Assembly: GCA_044225505.1 (NCBI GenBank)
Contig: JBGAIN010000043.1
Location: 1 to 49,440 of the forward strand
Direction of reading: 5' to 3'
Length of the DNA stretch: 49,440 nucleotides
Origin: Limisphaerales bacterium
Lineage (GTDB): Bacteria > Verrucomicrobiota > Verrucomicrobiia > Limisphaerales > SIBE01
Shown here: in pieces, positions 29,632-39,230 of the stretch
Numbering within the stretch: the first letter of the stretch is position 1
Layout: every line of letters starts with the position of its first letter
Program-made: the position numbers and the translations under genes
The notes under the pieces: model-generated
What the model was told of the DNA's origin: nothing
What the model saw: the letters and a program-made list of their open reading frames with translations, nothing else
The model's database searches: none

Positions 29632-30480
29632 AAACGAGGAGGACTAGCCTGTTTCAGGCCTAGAAAGACGAGCGGCATGAGCCGCGCTTGCGCCCGAACG
29701 GGACAACGTTCGTCATCGGAGAAGTTTCAGCCGCGCGCGCGATCCGACTTCCACGGTCCTTCCCCCCTAAACCGATGAGTTGATTGAACCTGGATTTCAG
29801 GAGCAAATTGCTCTGATTCCCTTCTGAATGCCTGGACTAGGCCAATGCAAAGCTAAACGGCTCGCACGCTGTCGGTTACATCGGCGTTCGCAATTTGCGG
29901 ACACCCGCTCGGAGCCAGTTGAAGTCTGCTGTATTCGCACCCGCGGCCGTCCTTTCCCGGGAAAACCCGATGGAGAGCCACAACGACATTAGCAATCACG
30001 CTGGCGTGGCGGCCATTGAACCAGTGACTTGATTCTCACGCCCGGAAACGAACGTTCCATCACACATGAATAGTCTAAGCCTTCGCGGGCACGTCCCCTC
30101 GGATCGAAGTCAACATTGGGAAGGTTTTAGGCCGAGTTTGGGCCTTGATTTCCGACCCCGTAAACTCCGTGGGGCCAATTTGTTACCTGCGATTCAGTCA
30201 TTCTCGCCAGACCCTAAGGGACTCAGCGGGCGTGGACATTGCCTTTGCGCTGCTGAGATTCGTAGGTAGCAATAGGCCAGTTCCTTGCTTCAGTGACAGG
30301 AGATCTAGAAAAAGTGAACGTAATAGCTCTCGTAACGGCACTTTTGCGGTGGTCAAAAAGAGGCTACAAGCGCGTTCGGTAACGTTGTCGAAATCACCAA
30401 CCAGCTGAGCCGCAAATGTTTCCTCAGGTCCGACCGGGAATTGAACCCCGAATTGAGAATTGAATTGCGACGGACAGTTG

Positions 30481-31215
30481 CTACGAGGCTGAACCCCCGT
30501 TCTTAAGGCTTTTTTGAGTCGCGGCTTTCAACTCCGCGCTGATCTGCTCCACCGGGACGCTAAAACGAATCTGCTTACCTAGCGCCACAGCCACGCCGTA
30601 AGGGTGAACATTCAAACCGCTGGTGACTCTCGTTTGGCGATTCGACACCTTCTTGCGATTTATCGAAGGACTCGGCAACGGTTGGCCGACCTGCCGTGGA
30701 TCGTTCATCATTCCGTCATAGAGTCCTCGCACGAACAGGGCCCGATCGGCATTCGAAACACCCGGAACAAGGTTGAACTCTGCGAGCAAGGCGCGGAAAC
30801 TCAAAGCAATGTGTTCGGCAATTCGGGAGAGTTGCCGCGCGCTTGTGACCGTCGCTTCAGCCACGAGATCTCCATTGCGAAAAAAGCAATTCACCCCCGA
30901 GGCGATTTCGATGGCCCACTTCACGAAATTGGCTAATTCGAACTCGGCATGCGGAAATGAGTAGATCCGTTGGGCTTTGCGACCGCGTTTGAAGACTCCT
31001 TTGAATAAGTCTGGCATCTCCGCAGACTCGGGCACATCAAAATCATACCGTTCTTTCAAAAGCCGGATCTTCGCTTGGGCGACGAGCTTCTCGCCGTCGA
31101 TACCCCGCTCGGCGAGCGCTTCCAGTTTCTTGAGGATCTCGCGAACTTTCTTTCCCGCGGGCTTGCGCTGTGACCGGCTTTGATTCATGCGGGGCCAGTC
31201 TGACGTAATGGGCAT
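30481..31215 (-). CDS. Hypothetical protein, N-terminus DUF2786-like
   Basis: 244-aa ORF; LKKLEALAERGIDGEKLVAQAKIRLLKERY resembles the DUF2786 helical hairpin; start may be 31188. Confidence 0.6.
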   Translation of the reverse strand: MPITSDWPRMNQSRSQRKPAGKKVREILKKLEALAERGIDGEKLVAQAKIRLLKERYDFDVPESAEMPDLFKGVFKRGRKAQRIYSFPHAEFELANFVKWAIEIASGVNCFFRNGDLVAEATVTSARQLSRIAEHIALSFRALLAEFNLVPGVSNADRALFVRGLYDGMMNDPRQVGQPLPSPSINRKKVSNRQTRVTSGLNVHPYGVAVALGKQIRFSVPVEQISAELKAATQKSLKNGGSAS

Positions 31216-31284
31216 CCTGGATCAACGATGACGGCGCTGTCTGGACTGGAGGAAAGACTGAGCAACAGCCCCAAAATTCAACAA

Positions 31285-31425
31285 TCAAGGAGTCAGGCTC
31301 ACCTGGATTCCTATCACAGGCTTACCCTCCGGATCGGTAATTCGGACGCTGCCGCGCCAATGAAGCTTCATGTTAACCACTTTGAAAACGAGGACGTTCC
31401 GGCCAGACTTCAACTCGACGCCGGC
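31285..31425 (-). pseudogene. Orphan 3' fragment of a kinase-1-like gene
   Basis: VELKSGRNVLVFKVVNMKLHWRGSVRITDPEGKPVIGIQVSLTP* aligns with the C-terminus of 9658-13698 (LSLVPGPNRVVFKIVNGASDWKASLQFTDDQGHPLLGIRTMLDP). Confidence 0.75.
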
Positions 31426-31441
31426 CGAAGGGCCGGAACTG

Positions 31442-31906
31442 GACGAGCTGCGGGCGAGAACGACCTTGCTAATCCCCGACGAGTGGCGCTTTGGCAGCGC
31501 TCTAACCGTGACGAGCCAAGCCGAGCATCGGATTGAATTCGTGACGGAAACGTTGCGCGATCTTGTCGATTGCCCCTTGATCTGCGGCGCCAACGTCCGT
31601 TCGATCCAGCTTAAGACTCAGACCGGGCCGCCCGTCTTCATGCACCTGACCTCCGAGTCGCCCTCCGCGCTGCAACTTGACGACAAAGCGCTCGACGCCT
31701 ATGCAAACGTGGCGAGCCAAGCCATGGCGCTGTTTGGCGGCGCACATTTCACCGCGTATCACTGGCTGGTGATCTGCAGCGACGAAGCCCCTAGAATGGG
31801 ATTGGAGCACCTCTCCTCGAGCATCAACGTACTCAAGAAACGGGACCTAATTTTTGACGAGAGGAAGCAGGGGTATCGGACTGCCGGACTGCTGCCTCAT
31901 GATTAA
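31442..31906 (+). pseudogene. Internal fragment of an M61 peptidase paralog
   Basis: Colinear with 42854-43314; no start or signal peptide; truncated at the zinc motif (LLPHD* versus LLPHEFAH). Confidence 0.9.
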
Positions 31907-31990
31907 TCCTCGTAGCCGCCGACCGTGAGGCGGATCCTGTAAATACAACTTTGTCTCGTGCCCATCATGTGTTTCGCTAAGAATGACTCC

Positions 31991-32561
31991 GTGGAAAAGG
32001 TCATCCGCAGATTCCATTCGCATGCGGCCAGCGAGCGCGCTGATGTCGAGTACTGTCATTCGTTTATCTCCGCAGCAGCGAATTGAAATCCTTCTGGACC
32101 TGATTGCGCGCGGCGCACCGATAGGCTCAACCAAGATTTGCGCGGTTTATCGCATTACTAAACTCCGCGGGAGTTAAGTACTGGTGGTCGGTGGGCATGC
32201 AGTGGCCTTTTCATGGTTACCCCACGATTCACTGGCGACATTGACTTCTTCATCGAACGCTCTTCTGAGAATGCGAATCGGCTAGAGTCGGTCCTGGTCA
32301 GTTCGGCTTCGGCGGGCTGGGGCTTGCGGCGGAAGCTTTCCTTGAACCGGAGTCCGTAGTGCCGTCCCTCCAAACCGGATTGACTTGTTGACTTCGATTG
32401 ACGGGGTGCAGTTCGCCGAAGCCTGGCCTCAAAAGGCTCCCGGTGAACTCGATGGCTTGCCGGTTCAATTTCTAGGTAAAGCTCATCTTTTGACCAACAA
32501 GCGGGCGTCCGCCCGACCTCAAGATCTGGCAGACGTCGATAAGTTGCAGCGCAGCCACTAG
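31991..32561 (+). pseudogene. Frameshifted copy of the small ORF + nucleotidyltransferase pair
   Basis: Matches 44855-45434 with multiple 1-10 bp indels; the ATG of the transferase is lost. Confidence 0.88.
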
Positions 32562-32926
32562 GCGGGGGCGACGGGAATCCCATGGGAGTGCTTTGTGAAG
32601 AATCTTTCTCTTGCATCTCCGGGCCTGACGAGCGGCCCGTTCATTAGCGGTTCAATCCGCCAATCTGAGGAGCGGTCACGCGCCGTTCTTTTCCAGACCC
32701 GGCGATTGTTCGTTTGAGATCTCACTTTCGAGCAAAATTATGGCGAGCCCGTTCCCGTCTCCATTCAAGCGGCGGCGCAAGGCTCATCAGCCGAGACGAA
32801 TCTGATCAGAAAGATCAGCCATGAGTTGGAGAATGTTTTTAAGCCACCGACCGTGGCAAGCGTCAGTTCCGAGCGAAACGGTCGGGCAACCTCGACGGGA
32901 TAGGGAAAGGGGTCGGACCAAAGTCA

Positions 32927-34024
32927 CTAACGCGGCGCTTTGAACGCGTAGGAGCGCAGTATTCGATGGAACTGAACGTCCGGTAGATCCGCGATAAATG
33001 GTCGCACCAGATTAATCTGGTGTTCAGTCAGTTGGCGCGTGTCTACAATGACGAAGTTGACCTCAGGGGTATCTAATTTGCTCAAGACTGCTTCCTGGAA
33101 GCCTTGGAACTCGAAGGATTCTGCAGTCGGAGCGAGCATGTCGTAGGTCCGGCCGAACTTGTCAATCCAAGTGTGCTGACCCGTTTCGTCTACCCGCAGT
33201 GGTCCGATCTGTTCTTCGATTTCGGCCACCAGCCAATCCCCAGGTTTCACCGACTCAACGAGCGGGGATCGCCGCTGTCCTGCTGGGAGACGTCGCGCAG
33301 GCGGGCGCCCTGAACGCGAGGTTGGTCGCGATCGCTTCCAAGGGAAAGGAGCGAGGTCCAACCAAGAGACCGGGAGCCCCAGCGGATTGATCCAGAGATA
33401 CGCCAGCACCGCCGCGGAAACCAAAAGGATCCCAAGGAAAGTGAACCAGGCCTTTTGTACCAGGACGGGCTGCAGCGCGGCGGCTAGCAGCAGTCCAACG
33501 ATCGCTCCTCCCAAGTGAGCGTCATGTCCGAAGTTGTCCCGCTGCACTTTCATGGCGTAGAACGAAGCAACGATGAAGGCTGTGGCGAACAACCACCCAG
33601 GTACCGCATAGGGCAACGGGAACAGCACCATGCGGCTCTCCGGAAAAGCTAGAACGTGGGCGAATATCACGCCGCAGACTCCGCCCGATGCCCCGTATGC
33701 CGCGTAATCGTGAAACCGATGTAGATAGAGCGAGAGCAAGTTCCCGCCTACAATGCTGCCAAGGTAAATCAACAGGAAACCCACCTGATTGAATTTCCAC
33801 GAGACCACCGGCCCGAAGGCGTAGAGGGTGTATATGTTGAGCAGCAAATGCCCCAAGCCCGAATGCACAAAACCGGAGCTTACCAGCCGGTAATACTCTT
33901 TTCCCGCCAGTATGCTCTCTGGACGGAACAGGCATTTCTCCTCGGCCCACGGGTGTTCAAAGGCCCACCAGGAAACGCCGCACGTAACGACCAAGATCAG
34001 CAAAATTGCCGGAGGTTCGTGCAT
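32927..34024 (-). CDS. Rhomboid intramembrane serine protease with extra soluble C-terminal domain
   Basis: YYRLVSSGFVH, HLLLN, catalytic AYGASGG and AHLGGAIVG; Pro/Arg linker followed by an about 100-aa extension. Start MHEPP at 34024 preferred over 34267. Confidence 0.9.
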   Translation of the reverse strand: MHEPPAILLILVVTCGVSWWAFEHPWAEEKCLFRPESILAGKEYYRLVSSGFVHSGLGHLLLNIYTLYAFGPVVSWKFNQVGFLLIYLGSIVGGNLLSLYLHRFHDYAAYGASGGVCGVIFAHVLAFPESRMVLFPLPYAVPGWLFATAFIVASFYAMKVQRDNFGHDAHLGGAIVGLLLAAALQPVLVQKAWFTFLGILLVSAAVLAYLWINPLGLPVSWLDLAPFPWKRSRPTSRSGRPPARRLPAGQRRSPLVESVKPGDWLVAEIEEQIGPLRVDETGQHTWIDKFGRTYDMLAPTAESFEFQGFQEAVLSKLDTPEVNFVIVDTRQLTEHQINLVRPFIADLPDVQFHRILRSYAFKAPR

Positions 34025-34460
34025 GCGCCAAAGTGAGCAAAATGTAGCCCAACACCAGCGTGATGCCAAGGTTACCTGACTGTGGGTGGCGAAAATAGGG
34101 ATGATTAAAAGCGGGTGAAGCCAAGGTGCGCGGCTTATTGCTATGTCGTCAGACCAGCCGCAGAGGTTTCGCCTTTTTCCAGAACGCATTGAGAACTGCG
34201 GGCCGGAGCCAAGAGGTCGGTGCGTGCTGCGGCTAGACTCAGTGGACTGCATTGCAGCGAACCTCACCCGCTTTCTATCAGACCTGGCGGAAATCGTTCC
34301 GCGTCGATGCTAATCCGCCTGGGGGAGGGACCGTCGCTGTCGAATTCCATCGCTGGATTGATTTCAATGGGCAAGAGGTTCAAGCTCGCCGATACACCTC
34401 CGCGGAGGCGCCCAGCGCCTGCGTTTAGGGGATTGTAGCTCTGCCGCGAAAACCGAACTG

Positions 34461-35906
34461 ATGCAAATGAAACGAACCAAGAGTCTCCGCCGCCTCATCG
34501 CCCTGTCGATGGTGATCTTCGCCGAGAGTTCCTGCTTATTATCGGCCGCGGTGCGTCTCCCCGCGATCCTCGGCAGCCACATGGTGCTGCTGCAAAAGGC
34601 ACCGGTGACCTTCTGGGGTTGGGCGAACCCGGCAGAGAAGGTCCGGATCATGACCGACTGGGATAGTATCGTGTATGACACCACCGCGGATAGCGGTGGG
34701 CAATGGCAAGTCCGAGTCCAGACGCCGGCGGCGGGAGGCCCTTACAAGGTCATCGTCAATGGGTCAAACGCGATCGTCCTCGAGGACGTGATGATCGGCG
34801 AAGTCTGGGTTTGCAGCGGCCAGAGCAATATGGAATGGAGCGGCGATCAGGGGCTCCGCCAGTGCTTGGAAGAAGCACCGCACGCCACCAATGCCAAGAT
34901 TCGGCTCTTCGCGATCCCGAAAGCCACGGCCGACACTCCGCAGGATCGCTCGGAAGGCGCCTGGAAAGTTTGCAGCCCGGAGGAAATGATCCATTTCAGC
35001 GCTGTGGGCTATTTCTTTGGCAAGGAACTGCAGCAGGCGCTGGGCGTCCCGATCGGACTGATCGGCAGCAACTGGGGTGGGACACCTGCTGAGGTCTGGA
35101 CGCCACGCGACGCGGTTCAGTACAATCCGGAATTGCGGGACGCGGCCAGCCAGCTAAAGGCGTATGCCTGGTGGCCCAAGGATCCGGGCAAGTGCTTCAA
35201 CGCGATGATTTATCCTGTTACGAAGTTCAAAATTACCGGCGCTATTTGGTATCAAGGCGAGAGTAACACGGGCACAGCGGGTTCTTACGAGAGGCTCTTT
35301 ACAACCATGATCTCAGCGTGGCGTTCGGCCTGGGGGCAAGAGTTTCCCTTCTACTTTGTTCAGATCGCTCCCTTCGCTTACGACCAACCGGCAGTTGGCG
35401 CGCTGCTCCGCGAAGCCCAGACCAAGAGCGCGGCCTATCCGAATACCGGCATGGTGGTCGTGAGCGACCTGGTGGACGACGTCAAGAATATCCACCCGGC
35501 TAACAAGCTGGGCGTCGCCAAAAGATTAGCGAATTGGGCCTTGGCCAAGACGTATGGTCGCACAGGTATCGCTTATCAAAGCCCCGTCTACAAGAGCATG
35601 ACGATTGAAGGCGACAAGATCAGGATCCACTTCGATTTTGCCGAAGAGGGCTTGCTGGCCCGCAACGGGGAGCCAACCGACTTCTGGATCGCTGGAGCAG
35701 ACCAGAACTTCGTGCCCGCCAACGCCGTTATTGAAGGAAGCGAGGTGGTGGTTTCCAGCGATAAGATAGCCAAGCCGGTCGCCGTCCGCTTTGGCTTCAA
35801 CAACACCGCCATGCCTAACCTGTTTTCCAAGGCCGGTCTCCCGGTGAACCTGTTCCGCACCGATTACTGGAAGGTGGACGCGGTAGCGTCCAATCCGGCA
35901 AAATGA
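34461..35906 (+). CDS. Sialate O-acetylesterase (SASA, SGNH hydrolase), secreted
   Basis: Signal peptide; GEVWVCSGQSNMEW, FSAVGYFFG, WGGTPAEVW, WYQGESN, NIHPANK. Confidence 0.94.
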   Translation: MQMKRTKSLRRLIALSMVIFAESSCLLSAAVRLPAILGSHMVLLQKAPVTFWGWANPAEKVRIMTDWDSIVYDTTADSGGQWQVRVQTPAAGGPYKVIVNGSNAIVLEDVMIGEVWVCSGQSNMEWSGDQGLRQCLEEAPHATNAKIRLFAIPKATADTPQDRSEGAWKVCSPEEMIHFSAVGYFFGKELQQALGVPIGLIGSNWGGTPAEVWTPRDAVQYNPELRDAASQLKAYAWWPKDPGKCFNAMIYPVTKFKITGAIWYQGESNTGTAGSYERLFTTMISAWRSAWGQEFPFYFVQIAPFAYDQPAVGALLREAQTKSAAYPNTGMVVVSDLVDDVKNIHPANKLGVAKRLANWALAKTYGRTGIAYQSPVYKSMTIEGDKIRIHFDFAEEGLLARNGEPTDFWIAGADQNFVPANAVIEGSEVVVSSDKIAKPVAVRFGFNNTAMPNLFSKAGLPVNLFRTDYWKVDAVASNPAK

Positions 35907-36099
35907 CCGCACGGTCCGCTGCCGAATGGACTCGTCCTTCGGAACCCGAAGGTGTGCCCTAATGACGTTGTGCGGGCGTTTCTCCGGTTTGCTCTCGTTC
36001 GGGTTTCGATCGCGGCGCCTTTGAGCGCCCAATCGCGCCACGAACTTTGAAATGCTTTTGAGATTGCCCCTTGTTCATTGCTCCCAATGGCCGGCGGAT

Positions 36100-39048
36100 T
36101 CACGGTGCGCTCGTGCGATAGAAGGCGGCGGCCCCGGGAGAGCCGGTGTCGAGGTATTCAAAGAGGCCGGACGCCGGAGCGATCTGGATGTTGATGGTGC
36201 TCCAAGGGCCAGTGAGGGCGGGGGCGCGTTCCATGCGATAACTGCGGCCGGGCAGGCCGGTGACCCGGAGGCGGATGCTGGCGGAAACCAGGTCGATGGA
36301 AACCGCGGGCACCTCGCGATAAACGACGGTCACGTAACCGCCATTGGAACTACCGGTAACGGCCACCGTTCCATCGGGGCCGAGAGCGAGGCTCCGCGGC
36401 GAGTCAGCTACGGAGGCGGCGCCGGTAAACCGCTTTTCCCAAAGCAGCGCCCCATCTGCCGCCGCAAAACTGGCCGTGTAGCAATCGGATCCGGAATTCC
36501 CAGTTACGACCACGTTGCCTCTGCCGTCCACGGCGAGTGCTTTCGCGGAGTCGTCGCTGTTCGCCGGGCCGCTGTAACGTTTTTCCCAGAGGAGCGCGCC
36601 GTCCGCTGCCGCGTACTTCACCGTGTAGTAGTCGTTGTCAGTCCCGTTCGAGGAATATCCCGTCACCAAGACGTTGCCAATGCCATCCACGGCCACAGCA
36701 TTCGCGGAATCGCTTCTGTTCGCGGGCCCATTGTAGCGTCTTTCCCAGAGGAGCGCGCCGTCTGCCGCCGCATACTTGGCCGTGTAGAAGTGGCTGATCG
36801 TGCCTTTGTAGGAAGTCCCCGACACCACGACGTTGCCGCTGCCGTCCGCCGCTACCGTCAATTTGGCTGGGTTTTGCCAGATCTCGCGAATCGCCGGGCC
36901 GCGCCTTTCCCAGAGGAGCGCGCCGTCCGCCGCCGCGTACTTGGCGGTGTAGTAAGTTCCGTTGGTGACGTTCCAGGAATACCCCGTCACCACGACGTTG
37001 CCGTTGCTGTCCACCGCCACTGCTTTTGCGGCGTCGTCACTGTTCGCCGGGCCATTATAACGTTTTTCCCAGAGCAGCGTGCCATCCAGCGCCGCATACT
37101 TGGCTGTATAATAATCGTATTCGCCCCCTTTGCTCCAGGAATAGCCCGTCACCACGATGTTGCCGCTGCCGTCCACCGCCACTGCCTTGGCGATATCATA
37201 TTGGTTCGCGGGGCTGTTGTAGCGTTTTTCCCAGAGTAGCGCACCGTCCGCCGCCGCATATTTGGCCGTGTAATAATCGAAGCGGGTTTCGTTATTCCAG
37301 GAATACCCCGTCACCACGATATCGCCGTTCCCATCGACCGCTAAATGAGCCGGATTCTCCCAGGTGTCGGTAATCGCCGGGCCGCGCCTTTCCCAAAGCA
37401 ATGTGCCGTCCACCGCCGCATATTTGGCCGTGTAGTAATCGTTTTTGGAGGTCCCGAAGGAATCAAAGTGGGAACCGGAGACCCCCGCGACCACGACGTT
37501 GCCGGCCCCGTCCACCACCACCGCCCGCGCGGCGGCACCAGTGGTCGCAGACCCGTCGTAGGTTTGCTCCCAGACCAGCGCGCCGTCCGCCGCCGCATAA
37601 CTGGCCGTGTAGTAGTTCCCTCCCCAAAAAGCACCCAAGAGGGCATCTTGGAAGCTGTCGGCACGCCCGGTTACCACGACCCTGCCATTACTGTCCACAG
37701 CCACCGCATTCGCATAATCGTCGCCCCCCCGCGGGCCGTTGTAACGCCGCTCCCAGAGGAGCGCACCATTCGCCGCCGCATACTTGGCCGTGTAATAATC
37801 GTATCCACTGTTCCAGTCCTCGCGGGCTCGACCCGTGACCACCACGTTGCCGCGGCCGTCCACGGCCACCGCACTGGGCTCATCATTGCCATTCGCCAGG
37901 CCGTTGTAGCGCTGTTCCCACACGATCGCACCATCCGCCGCCGCATACTTGGCCGTGTAGTAATCGTAGTTGGACCCGTCGGACCCGTCATTCCAGAACC
38001 GCCCCGTGATCACGGCGTTGCCGCTGCCGTCCACCGCCAAATTGGCCGTATACTGCCAGATGTCGAGAACTGTCGGACCGCGTCTTTCCCAGAGGAGCGC
38101 GCCGTTCGCCGCCGCATACTTGGCTGTATAATAGTCATAAATGTTAGATACTGATTCGCGGCGCGAATACCCCGTCACCATCACATTGCCGCTGCCGTCC
38201 ACGGCAACTGCAGTTGCACCATCATCATAGTTCGCCGTGCCGTTGTAGCGCCGCTCCCAAAGGAGCGCGCCATTCGCCGCGGCATACTTGGCCGTGCAAT
38301 AGCCGGGGTTCGAGTTGGTGTCGTTGGAAGATCCCGTGATTACCACGTTGCCGCTGCCGTCAACCGCCACCGCCGTGGCGTAGCCGTAACGGTGCGCGGG
38401 GCCTCGTCTCTCCCAGAGCGGCGCGCCATCTGCCGCCGCATACTTGCCCGTGTAGCTTTCAAAGTCGGTGCCGTTCCAAGAACTCCCCGTGACCACCACA
38501 TTGCCATTCCCTTCCACCGCCAAATTGGCAGGATTTTGCCATTCGCTGCCAATCGCCGGGCCGTATTTTTCCCAAAGCAATTTGCCGTTGCTCGCCGCAT
38601 ACTTGGCTATGTAGATGCGAGAGCTCTCGGAATATCCCGTCACCACCACGTTGCCGCTGCGGTCCACCGCCAGTGCGGTGGGGCGATCGTCAACGTTCGA
38701 TGGGCTGTTGTAGCGTTGCCGCCAAAGCACCGATCCATCCGAGCCCGAGTACTTGATGGTCACCATGTCCCCGCCTTGGAAGCCTGAGGTGGTGCCGGTC
38801 ACGATGACGTCACCAGTTGCGTCAAGCACGACCTTCAGTGCCTGATCGGTAGCATTGTTTGCGACATTGCTGTGGCGCTGCACCCAAGCTTCGGTTACGG
38901 CGGCCCGGGATCGCTGAAGCCCGAAAGCGCTCGCAGCGAACGCCAGGAAGACTACCCAAAACCACGCGCGGTGCTTGATAAGATTCCGAGTCGTTGTGAT
39001 GGCTCGACTGCGGACCGCCAGGCCGGTGGAGATTGAGTTCCTTTTCAT
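36100..39048 (-). CDS. Secreted SBBP/PQQ-like repeat beta-propeller protein (about 16 blades)
   Basis: Signal-like AWFWVVFLAFAASAFG; repeats AVAVDGSGNVVVTGYS-x-YYTAKYAAADGALLWE; C-terminal LRVTGLPGRSYRMERAPALTGPW..FYRT module. Confidence 0.9.
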   Translation of the reverse strand: MKRNSISTGLAVRSRAITTTRNLIKHRAWFWVVFLAFAASAFGLQRSRAAVTEAWVQRHSNVANNATDQALKVVLDATGDVIVTGTTSGFQGGDMVTIKYSGSDGSVLWRQRYNSPSNVDDRPTALAVDRSGNVVVTGYSESSRIYIAKYAASNGKLLWEKYGPAIGSEWQNPANLAVEGNGNVVVTGSSWNGTDFESYTGKYAAADGAPLWERRGPAHRYGYATAVAVDGSGNVVITGSSNDTNSNPGYCTAKYAAANGALLWERRYNGTANYDDGATAVAVDGSGNVMVTGYSRRESVSNIYDYYTAKYAAANGALLWERRGPTVLDIWQYTANLAVDGSGNAVITGRFWNDGSDGSNYDYYTAKYAAADGAIVWEQRYNGLANGNDEPSAVAVDGRGNVVVTGRAREDWNSGYDYYTAKYAAANGALLWERRYNGPRGGDDYANAVAVDSNGRVVVTGRADSFQDALLGAFWGGNYYTASYAAADGALVWEQTYDGSATTGAAARAVVVDGAGNVVVAGVSGSHFDSFGTSKNDYYTAKYAAVDGTLLWERRGPAITDTWENPAHLAVDGNGDIVVTGYSWNNETRFDYYTAKYAAADGALLWEKRYNSPANQYDIAKAVAVDGSGNIVVTGYSWSKGGEYDYYTAKYAALDGTLLWEKRYNGPANSDDAAKAVAVDSNGNVVVTGYSWNVTNGTYYTAKYAAADGALLWERRGPAIREIWQNPAKLTVAADGSGNVVVSGTSYKGTISHFYTAKYAAADGALLWERRYNGPANRSDSANAVAVDGIGNVLVTGYSSNGTDNDYYTVKYAAADGALLWEKRYSGPANSDDSAKALAVDGRGNVVVTGNSGSDCYTASFAAADGALLWEKRFTGAASVADSPRSLALGPDGTVAVTGSSNGGYVTVVYREVPAVSIDLVSASIRLRVTGLPGRSYRMERAPALTGPWSTINIQIAPASGLFEYLDTGSPGAAAFYRTSAP

Positions 39049-39068
39049 TGCTTTGTTTTCGGGCAGCG

Positions 39069-39095
39069 AACGCCTGACTTATCGCGTTCGGGTCA
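39069..39095 (-). promoter_or_regulatory. Putative ECF3 promoter (TGACCC-N15-GGCGTT) before the SBBP gene
   Basis: Ends 20 nt upstream of ATG 39048; identical boxes and spacing at 41510-41536. Confidence 0.68.
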
Positions 39096-39230
39096 ATGGT
39101 CCAAGGCGTTTTCCGCCGCGCGATCACGCCACGAATCTCGAAATATCTCGAGAGACGATCGGCACGGCTCGGTCTAGGTTTACCTCGGGCGAAGACAAGG
39201 CAGATTGCGACACGTATTCCTGACAGCTCC

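Larger units (their letters stand above)
31442..32845 (+). repeat. Decayed, internally deleted direct duplicate of 42854-45895
   Basis: Block-wise near identity: M61 piece, REP half, small ORF + nucleotidyltransferase, damaged promoter, start of the serine hydrolase. Confidence 0.92.

Noticed and set aside
29640..30480. 840-bp gene-free stretch with short ORFs
   Set aside because: No RNA gene, repeat or protein motif recognised by eye; an Infernal scan would be needed.
31442..31902. Template/variable repeat pair of a diversity-generating retroelement (with 42854-43314)
   Set aside because: Mismatches are not adenine-specific, are mostly synonymous, and no reverse transcriptase is present.
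12442..37239. Long antisense ORFs (12442-13635, 14653-15834, 17035-18465, 22013-23233, 36052-37239)
   Set aside because: They are shadows of GC-rich or repetitive real genes on the opposite strand, with no recognisable motifs.
36400..38800. Regularly spaced near-identical DNA repeats resembling a CRISPR array
   Set aside because: They are in-frame coding repeats with a period of about 150-190 bp in a 982-aa ORF; no cas genes.
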